Part shown: piece after piece, positions 34,282-41,330 of the stretch
Position numbering within the stretch: the stretch's first letter is position 1
Layout: each line of letters begins with the position of its first letter
Assembly (NCBI GenBank): GCA_016839745.1
Contig: JAEOTS010000179.1
Coordinates: 1-41,330 of the forward strand
Source: Promethearchaeota archaeon
GTDB taxonomy: Archaea > Asgardarchaeota > Lokiarchaeia > Sigyniarchaeales > SOKP01
Length of the DNA stretch: 41,330 bases
Reading direction: 5' to 3'
Notes under the pieces: model-generated
Databases searched by the model: none
What the model was told of the DNA's origin: nothing
The model's input: the letters and a program-made list of their open reading frames with translations, nothing else
Program-made: the position numbers and the translations under genes

Positions 34282-35958
34282 ATGAGAAAAAGATCGATAT
34301 TATTTATATTAATACTGATAACTTCAGTTATTATTCAATTATTTGGAATTCCGTATCTTGGCATAAAATTTACAGATCATGACTTAGAATTTGATTATGT
34401 TTACAATTGGGACATTACTGGAACGGGAGGATGGTATATAGGTTATACGGAGGCTTTTAGGGCAAATGGCCATTATGAAGTTGATTATAGTGGATCGTCT
34501 GCTAGCGTTTCATGTGAAATTACTTGGACATTTCAGAGTTGGCTTGAAGGATACCTCGAAGAGGATTACGGGGGAACAGATTATTATAGTTTTACTTATT
34601 CATTAATAGATGGACAGTATCTTTCTTTTGGTGATCAAGAGTATGATGCTACCGGTCTAAACATCTGGTTTCACATACCTGGAGGAATTCAAACTAATAC
34701 TTATTCCATGCTTAATGAGACTTATGAATTTGTTGGTGATGGTTTGATTTGGTTAGGACATCTCATGCCATTTACAGGAAAACGATTAACCTCTGCGGGG
34801 CAATATTCAAGAGACGATGTATATGGACAATTTGAAGCTACTTATACAATTGATGAATTTTTTACTCCTGAAGGGTATTTAATTGGAGAGGTATTACACG
34901 AAGAAGATATTGGTTATAGTAGTGGTTATTATTCAGAATTTGTATTGGATTCATACGTATTTATAACATCTTCAAGTTATTTACGTCCATTTTGCATTTG
35001 GATGTATCTCCTAGCCTATTGGAGTCCATTATTATTTTTCGCTATAATTTTTTATATAGTTTATGAACATTATAGATGGAGACCTAGAGTTATAAGAGCA
35101 GAAGGGAAAAAGCAAGAAGTGGTCGTAGAAAGAAAAATGCTAGGAGGATTAGAATTTTCCGTTGATTCTCCTTATTCAGAAATGATCCTTGCATTTCTTT
35201 CCAGAGCAAAAATTCAAGGAAAAACAATCGTTTCTGCTCATAATCAAGAACAGCTTAAAGGAATCGGATTTATTGAACCGAATGGAAAGGTTGGGACGTT
35301 TTTTGGAAAATATTCTGAGGACTTAATATTATATACTAAAGTAAAATATGCCCACGTTGAACTTTCTAGACTCTTTGGTTTTAAAACTATCGAGAAATAT
35401 GATGTGTTTAAGATTGACTACTTACAGGGAATGGAAGTTCATTACGATGCTAATCTAATTGAGCCTGCAACAGCTCAAGATTTAGATGCAATCATGAGAT
35501 TGATTGCTAATGAAGATAGCGGTAAAAAAAAAAAAAAGAATGCAAAATGGGTTATTGAAGCGGCGAAGAGTGATATCATAGTTATCGCAACAGCTTCTCC
35601 TAAGGAAGAATGGGTTAAAGAGATCTTAAAAGAGATCCTCAGAAGAAATTATGAAAAACCAGAAATATGCTTAGACCGAGTACTATTAGGTGTTGGATTT
35701 GCTACTCCAGGAAAAGAAACTGGATGGTTATATGGTCTGTATGTTCATCCTGCTTTCAGAAATAAAGGAATTGGTAGAGCACTAGTAAATGCTCGTATAT
35801 CAATTTTGAAAGAATTAGGATGTAATTCTGTTATAACAGAAATTGCTGAATGGAATAGCCCTGCAAAAAATATTTATGATGATTTTGATGCCCCAAAATT
35901 GGGAACGGTTACTTTATTTGGAACTAAAATGCCTAAAGTAAAGGTGAGACGCTTTTGA
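34282..35958 (+). CDS. Membrane protein: N-terminal signal/TM, aromatic and acidic extracellular domain, second TM, cytoplasmic GNAT acetyltransferase
   Basis: Hydrophobic N-terminus; Y/G/D/E-rich beta-type domain; TM IWMYLLAYWSPLLFFAIIFYIVY followed by RWRPR; GNAT motifs WLYGLYVHPAFRNKGIG and NSPAKNIY. Confidence 0.82.
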   Translation: MRKRSILFILILITSVIIQLFGIPYLGIKFTDHDLEFDYVYNWDITGTGGWYIGYTEAFRANGHYEVDYSGSSASVSCEITWTFQSWLEGYLEEDYGGTDYYSFTYSLIDGQYLSFGDQEYDATGLNIWFHIPGGIQTNTYSMLNETYEFVGDGLIWLGHLMPFTGKRLTSAGQYSRDDVYGQFEATYTIDEFFTPEGYLIGEVLHEEDIGYSSGYYSEFVLDSYVFITSSSYLRPFCIWMYLLAYWSPLLFFAIIFYIVYEHYRWRPRVIRAEGKKQEVVVERKMLGGLEFSVDSPYSEMILAFLSRAKIQGKTIVSAHNQEQLKGIGFIEPNGKVGTFFGKYSEDLILYTKVKYAHVELSRLFGFKTIEKYDVFKIDYLQGMEVHYDANLIEPATAQDLDAIMRLIANEDSGKKKKKNAKWVIEAAKSDIIVIATASPKEEWVKEILKEILRRNYEKPEICLDRVLLGVGFATPGKETGWLYGLYVHPAFRNKGIGRALVNARISILKELGCNSVITEIAEWNSPAKNIYDDFDAPKLGTVTLFGTKMPKVKVRRF

Positions 35959-37130
35959 ATACTTTCGAAAAATTTCTTCATGATTCGATTGATCTAGAAT
36001 TATATTCTGTAAATGCAGAAATATCAGCAATAAATCCACAATTCAAATCACATAAGAAATGGATAAAAGGATACATAGGTCCTGCTACGGCGGAATTACA
36101 CGATATCAAAGAACCAAAACTAAATGCGATAAAAGATGAAAATCGCAACGCAATATTTCCAGAATTTTCAGTCAATATAAATGGTAAAAAATTCTTCTTA
36201 GCTATTAAAGGTTGTGGAGCATATGAAGATATGTATGAAGGAAAATTATTATCACCTCTTCATATACGAAATGCTTGTCGCGATTCTACGTACCTTCATC
36301 TTGTAGATAAATTAACAACAGGTACAGGTTTTATTATGGGCGAATCATGGATGGGAGAAAGCCCATATGGTTGTCAAGGTTTTATTAATGCTTTTGATGA
36401 GTTAGCTTTCTCTAAGTTAGCAAAAATAGATTCCATCAATGGTGCTCACATTTGTCCGGTAATAGGAGTCGTAAAATTACCTCCTGAAATTGAAGAAATG
36501 GCTCGTAAGTTCTTTTGGTTTAGTACTTATAAAGATCATTTTTATCAGGAAATTAGACTTATGCCTTCGAATATTCGATTATACTTTGAATCTTCTCGTC
36601 TAGTTGCTAATCCTAGTTCTTTCTTTTCGTTATTTAACTTAGATACCGAAAAACTTATTGAAAATTTTGAAATCAACTTTATCAAAAGCGGGATAGCGTT
36701 ATTGTCTTTGTTTTCGAGGTCAGCAAAAAAAGAAGGAGATAAAATAACAGGAATTATATATCAAGATGTATGGCTAGATAAAGATTGTGTAGTAGCTCCT
36801 GACGGTACAATTCACTTCGCTGACTTGGAAGGATTGATATGGAAAGCTGTACCTCAAGACAAATTCGCAGAAACTCAAACTAAGGAGTGGGAGAAATTAA
36901 TTTTTGAATTTCTTTTTGCCTTAGTTAAAATAGATTCATATCGTCACCAATTAGAAGGTTCCCAAATGTCTTGGAATAGACAGAGAGAAGAATTAGCACT
37001 TCTCATCCAACTTGCTATAAATCGAGACAGTTTCGCATATTCAAAAAATCAAGAAAAAGATTTATTAATTGTTTTAGGGGGAGCTGAAGTTCCCTCAGTA
37101 GAAATTCCATTACTTGAAATGGTGAATTAA
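35955..37130 (+). CDS. Hypothetical protein with probable kinase-like (SelO-like) fold
   Basis: AIKGCG, RLMPSNIRL and YQDVWLDKD...HFADLE line up in order with SelO LKGxG, RVAPSHLRF and HGVMNTDN...LDYG. 4-nt overlap (TTGA) with the upstream gene. Confidence 0.6.
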   Translation: MNTFEKFLHDSIDLELYSVNAEISAINPQFKSHKKWIKGYIGPATAELHDIKEPKLNAIKDENRNAIFPEFSVNINGKKFFLAIKGCGAYEDMYEGKLLSPLHIRNACRDSTYLHLVDKLTTGTGFIMGESWMGESPYGCQGFINAFDELAFSKLAKIDSINGAHICPVIGVVKLPPEIEEMARKFFWFSTYKDHFYQEIRLMPSNIRLYFESSRLVANPSSFFSLFNLDTEKLIENFEINFIKSGIALLSLFSRSAKKEGDKITGIIYQDVWLDKDCVVAPDGTIHFADLEGLIWKAVPQDKFAETQTKEWEKLIFEFLFALVKIDSYRHQLEGSQMSWNRQREELALLIQLAINRDSFAYSKNQEKDLLIVLGGAEVPSVEIPLLEMVN

Positions 37131-37131
37131 A

Positions 37132-38595
37132 ATGGATTGTAAAAGAGCCTTAGAAATACTAATATCGATTAAAAATAGGATTGATATTCCTTGTTCTTCT
37201 GATGAGATTTCAGATTTATCAAAATTCTCCTTTATTAGCGAATATGGAAAAGAAAATACTATTCTACCAAAGGGAAGCGAGATAGATAGTCTTAAAATGA
37301 ATTATGATCGCCTAAATAGCGAGATTCATGAACTGAATAAGGAGTTATTATCTATAGAAAGAGAATATGAACATTCTTCTCTAGGAAGTAAGTTAGTCAG
37401 ATACTTACAATTTGGAAAAGGAAAAAAGCTGAAATCTCAAATTTCTAAAACGAATAACGAAATAAAAAAGTTGGATACTCAAGTCAGTATTATTAAGGAT
37501 CAAATTTTGAAATTAAATGATCAAAAGCAATCCATTAATCAGGCTATACGGGTCAATGGAAAAAACGTAATCTTAACACCTATAGGAGATAATATGATTG
37601 ATGAGATTGAAGCTCGAGAAAGATTTCTATCAAGGGATTTAAATGACTTAAATGATCTTATTGAGCAACTTGATGAAGAATTCTCTTCACTAATTGATAG
37701 AGTGGGCAATATAATGAAAACAGGATTATTTTCTCCAATTTGGGCAGTTTTTCTGTTAAATTCTAATCTAAATAGACTAGAGAATGCATTTAATTCGATA
37801 TCAAAAAGAGAATATACCTACTCACAAGCAGAGAAGAGAATGATGACACTTTCTATTAATTTTATGAGAAATCCTCAATTAAACAAACCTGATACAAATA
37901 GAGATATCCTAAAAATTGAAAGAAATATGCAATATGAATATCGAAAAGATAATCCTGCCAATGAGATAAGAGAATCTTTGTATGAACATGGTCTAAAGCA
38001 AGATATTATAAAAGCCATTTCAATAATCGGAAGATTATTCTCGAACTGGTCTCTACACCATGGAAGTAAAGCGTTGGGTGATGATTACGTAAAAAATCTA
38101 ATTAAAATCTTTAAGGATCAACCGATAGGTTCTTTAAGTAATAAAGAAGTTGTATATGCTTCATTTGTTATACCCTTTATAGGAGATCTATCAAAATTAA
38201 ACTATTTTAATGATTTGTTGCGCGATATTCCTGAAGGTTCAAAATTCTTTGCATCGGTTTCAGCTTTATTTCCATGGGATGTTAAGGAAACTTGGATGAT
38301 TCTATTAAGGGCAGAAATGAACATCTTACGAGCTCAGAGTGCAAAGTTTATACCTGAATTAATTGAATATGCTCTTATATTAGCAATGAATCCTAAAATC
38401 ATCAGAATTGAAAATAGCTTCTCACAAAGCCAATATGATGAATGGACACAACTAATAATCCCAATTGTCCATCTTTTAGCATATACTTTCTTAGAAAAAG
38501 ATTTAGAAAAATATGTGAGAAAAAGACCTTTAGCGTATATTATATCTCCAAGATATTATCATCATTCTTCTTTACATTATCATGTAATTGGATGA
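37132..38595 (+). CDS. Hypothetical coiled-coil/helical protein with a His/Tyr-rich C-terminus
   Basis: 487 aa, long heptad segments, ends RYYHHSSLHYHVIG; begins 1 nt after the previous stop codon. Confidence 0.8.
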   Translation: MDCKRALEILISIKNRIDIPCSSDEISDLSKFSFISEYGKENTILPKGSEIDSLKMNYDRLNSEIHELNKELLSIEREYEHSSLGSKLVRYLQFGKGKKLKSQISKTNNEIKKLDTQVSIIKDQILKLNDQKQSINQAIRVNGKNVILTPIGDNMIDEIEARERFLSRDLNDLNDLIEQLDEEFSSLIDRVGNIMKTGLFSPIWAVFLLNSNLNRLENAFNSISKREYTYSQAEKRMMTLSINFMRNPQLNKPDTNRDILKIERNMQYEYRKDNPANEIRESLYEHGLKQDIIKAISIIGRLFSNWSLHHGSKALGDDYVKNLIKIFKDQPIGSLSNKEVVYASFVIPFIGDLSKLNYFNDLLRDIPEGSKFFASVSALFPWDVKETWMILLRAEMNILRAQSAKFIPELIEYALILAMNPKIIRIENSFSQSQYDEWTQLIIPIVHLLAYTFLEKDLEKYVRKRPLAYIISPRYYHHSSLHYHVIG

Positions 38596-38672
38596 GACCT
38601 TAATATTAGGGAAATATAAAATTTTGTTTCCAATATCTAAATGAAATTGGAAGATTTCTAAAGAAGATTAGA

Positions 38673-39653
38673 CTAGATGATTTTCAATCTCTGCAATAAT
38701 CCAGTAATTAAAATTGGTAATGCAATGGTCGCGTCACACCAAACACTTACATCTTTAGATTCTAAAGAATATTTGCCCCATGATTTTGATTCAGAGATGG
38801 TGCATCCAGATAATCCTCCATCGTATTCAGTAGCAGTGTGTATTCTAACAGAGTATTTATAGCCAATACTCTCCAATTTTTCAATTTGATCCAAAAAAGG
38901 AAAAATTTGTTGAGCCCAATTTCTAGGCACTCCGCCACCGATTATTAGAGTTCCATGTTCTTTATGTGATTTTATAATTTCACCAAATTTCGCGATATCA
39001 CCAAGGATATCAAACTTAAACTCATAATCTTCTTTTAAAGAATATATAACTAAATCTAAAGCTAATTCAGAATCAGACAAAGCCGGAACAAAAACGGGAA
39101 TATTATTTTTTGCTGCTATTGATAAAATACAACGCTTATTTATGTTGTCACCTAACTTTTTCAAGAAATCTGAAGGAGTTATTTCAATCGTTTTTTGTTG
39201 AAAAATCTTTTTAATAAGTGATAAAATTTCCCTTTCTGTTTTCAAATAATTATCTTCTGGTAAAAAAACATTGTAAATCCTATTTATCCTATGTTGAAAG
39301 AGTTTATCATCATCTACATTAGCATTACCCACATAATGACCACCATCTGTAAAAACATCAACTAAATCATGAATCACATTTGCACCAGTACTTACGATAA
39401 CATCGATGAGATTTTTCTCTATTAAGGCGCAAATTATTTCTCCCATCCCAGCGGGGACCATTGCTCCAGATAAGGTTAAAACAGTTAAAATATCCTTAGA
39501 TGAAACCATATTCTCTAACACGTCGAGTGCTTTACCGAGATTTCTGCCTTGAAATCCGCAATTTTTTAAGGATTCTAATACATCTTCTACAGTTTTATTT
39601 TGATATACATTATAAGGAGAAATTTTATTATTCAAATATTCATCACTAGGCAT
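38673..39653 (-). CDS. dys: Deoxyhypusine synthase
   Basis: GFQGRNL, LSGAMVPAG, VSTGAN, RIYNV, VPALSDS, IGGGVP, DGGLSGC..SE..SWGK (active-site Lys), DATIALP. The ATG at 39653 is preferred. Confidence 0.93.
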   Translation of the reverse strand: MPSDEYLNNKISPYNVYQNKTVEDVLESLKNCGFQGRNLGKALDVLENMVSSKDILTVLTLSGAMVPAGMGEIICALIEKNLIDVIVSTGANVIHDLVDVFTDGGHYVGNANVDDDKLFQHRINRIYNVFLPEDNYLKTEREILSLIKKIFQQKTIEITPSDFLKKLGDNINKRCILSIAAKNNIPVFVPALSDSELALDLVIYSLKEDYEFKFDILGDIAKFGEIIKSHKEHGTLIIGGGVPRNWAQQIFPFLDQIEKLESIGYKYSVRIHTATEYDGGLSGCTISESKSWGKYSLESKDVSVWCDATIALPILITGLLQRLKII

Positions 39654-39916
39654 ATTAATCACAGTAATAATAATATTTTTCAAATTTTTTAAACAAATCT
39701 ATTTCAAATTGAAAATATCCCAAGTCAGTTTACTTCTAGCGTCTCTTAGATCTTATATATAATTAAAAAATTTTCATCTCATTCGTGATTTAGGATGAAT
39801 TTGATTGAATTAGTCTTTTACTTTTACAATTCTATATTGGGCTTAGAATAAATTTAAATACCAATAAGATTTATTTTATAATTAATTTACTATTATAACA
39901 GTTTTATCATTATAAG

Positions 39917-40465
39917 ATGTCACTTGTTCCTAAAAAGGTATTTTTTGTCTCAGGTAAAGGATATCACAAAACCAAATTAGCAGCTTTTGAACAAGCACTT
40001 AGAGATGCGGGAATTGAGAAATATAACTTAGTTAGCGTATCCTCAATCCTACCACCTTATTGTATTGAAATTCAGAAACAAGATGGCTTAAAGCAACTAC
40101 GTCCTGGTCAAATTGTATACTGTGTACTCGCAAGAGAAGAATCGAATGAGTATAATCGCGTTATAGCTTCATCAATAGGCGTAGCAAAACCCGCAGATAA
40201 AGGTCATTATGGCTATTTAAGTGAACACCACGATTTTGGAAAAAAACCTGAAAAAGTAGCTGAAATTGCTGAGGATTTAGCAGCAGAAATGCTTGCAACA
40301 ACTCTCGGGGTGCCGTTTGATCCTGATCTGAATTATGATGAAAAAAAAGAAGTATATAAAATGGGTGGTAAAATAGTAGAAACTAAAAGTATAACTAGCC
40401 ACACTATAGTTAGAGATGAAGATGAATGGGCATGCACTATAGTAGCCGCTATATTTATTATTTAG
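39917..40465 (+). CDS. pdaD: Pyruvoyl-dependent arginine decarboxylase
   Basis: AFEQALRDAGIEKYNLVSVSSILPP (Ser-Ser self-cleavage site), GYLSEHH, AEDLAAEMLATTLG. Confidence 0.93.
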   Translation: MSLVPKKVFFVSGKGYHKTKLAAFEQALRDAGIEKYNLVSVSSILPPYCIEIQKQDGLKQLRPGQIVYCVLAREESNEYNRVIASSIGVAKPADKGHYGYLSEHHDFGKKPEKVAEIAEDLAAEMLATTLGVPFDPDLNYDEKKEVYKMGGKIVETKSITSHTIVRDEDEWACTIVAAIFII

Positions 40466-40805
40466 AATCTTTAATTCTTAAATTGTTTTTTCACTTGTTT
40501 TCAGTTTTAAAAGATTATGGTTTATATGATTTTATTAATAAAAGTTGGAAAATCAATTATGTGTCTATTGAGAAATCAATTCAACCATTAGATGAAAATT
40601 TAGTAAGTCTAATCAATATAAATGGACCAATTGATATTGTTAAATTGTTTAAATAAAAGCGTTTCAATTATGGTCACACTTTTTTTAATAATAAACTCAC
40701 TCATTTTCCCTTGGTAGAAATAAGCATAGTCACAAAACAGTTTTCTCTCCATATCTCACTTTTTTCGTCGCTTTAAAAGTTCCAATCTGGTTAAGAAATA
40801 TATAT

Positions 40806-41330
40806 TTATATAAAAAGGTCTGATTGGAAAAATTCTTTGAATTTATTCAACAGAATTTTATTTATAGCTTTCAAGAAGTCATCATTTGAAATAACATCAG
40901 AATTTCGTCTGATTGCATACATTCCTGCTTCTGTACATATACCTTTAATGTCTGCCCCTGTTGCCCCCTCAGTGAGAGAAACGAAAACTTTTACGATTAT
41001 ATTTGGTTCTAAATTAAGTTTTCTCATATGGATTTTAAAGATCGATTCTCTAGCGTCTTTATTAGGTAAAGGAAATTCTATTATTCGATCAAATCGACCG
41101 GGTCTCAATAATGCTGGATCCAATGTATCATATCTATTTGTTGCAGCAATGAACTTAACATCTCCTCTCTTATCAAAGCCATCTAATTCGCTTAATAGTT
41201 GCATTAATGTTCTGTTGACTTCTCTATCACCTGAAGTTGCATCTTCAATCCTTATTGCACCTATAGAATCTATTTCGTCAATAAATAATATAGAGGGTGC
41301 TTTTTGTCTTGCCAAATCGAAAATTTCTCG
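40806..41330 (-). CDS. pan: Proteasome-activating nucleotidase (AAA+), C-terminal part; runs off the window
   Basis: Frame open to base 41330 (REIFDLAR...). Walker B FIDEID, SGDREVNRTLMQLLSELDGF, ATNR, LLRPGRFDR, CTEAGMYAIR. Confidence 0.93.
   Translation of the reverse strand, partial: REIFDLARQKAPSILFIDEIDSIGAIRIEDATSGDREVNRTLMQLLSELDGFDKRGDVKFIAATNRYDTLDPALLRPGRFDRIIEFPLPNKDARESIFKIHMRKLNLEPNIIVKVFVSLTEGATGADIKGICTEAGMYAIRRNSDVISNDDFLKAINKILLNKFKEFFQSDLFI

Noticed and set aside
35978-38862. ORFs 35978-36175 (-) and 38677-38862 (+)
   Set aside because: Antisense shadows of real genes.
40426-40656. 76-aa plus-strand ORF overlapping the pdaD 3' end
   Set aside because: 40-nt overlap, AT-rich composition and no motif; probably spurious, though a gene remnant cannot be excluded.

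Overview
AT-rich archaeal DNA, most likely from an Asgard archaeon (Lokiarchaeia-like). The assignment rests on BHB-intron tRNAs, PAN, deoxyhypusine synthase, pyruvoyl arginine decarboxylase and gyrase, plus eukaryotic-signature proteins: a gelsolin-domain protein, a roadblock protein, an actin-related protein, a small GTPase, a Vps29-family phosphoesterase and a GIFT/IFT52-like domain. No integrase, transposase or CRISPR array was seen. The best candidates for undescribed systems are: (1) a coupled three-gene operon at 34282-38595 (membrane-anchored GNAT with an extracellular domain, SelO/kinase-like protein, and a possible winged-helix/coiled-coil protein), preceded by a perfect 17-bp palindrome; (2) an actin-related-protein gene cluster at 16013-21208 in which the CHAT (caspase/separase-like) and PLD-fold neighbours have both lost their catalytic residues; (3) a Cdc48-N-domain/Pro-rich/vWA fusion with no ATPase domain, next to gelsolin and roadblock genes. 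Also present are tandem tRNA-Thr(GGT) and tRNA-Met(CAT) carrying three introns (two at non-canonical positions), a 55-aa zinc-ribbon ORF missing from the ORF track, and divergent folP/cofE-like and dys/pdaD gene pairs. All family calls come from reading motifs by eye; no database searches were run.
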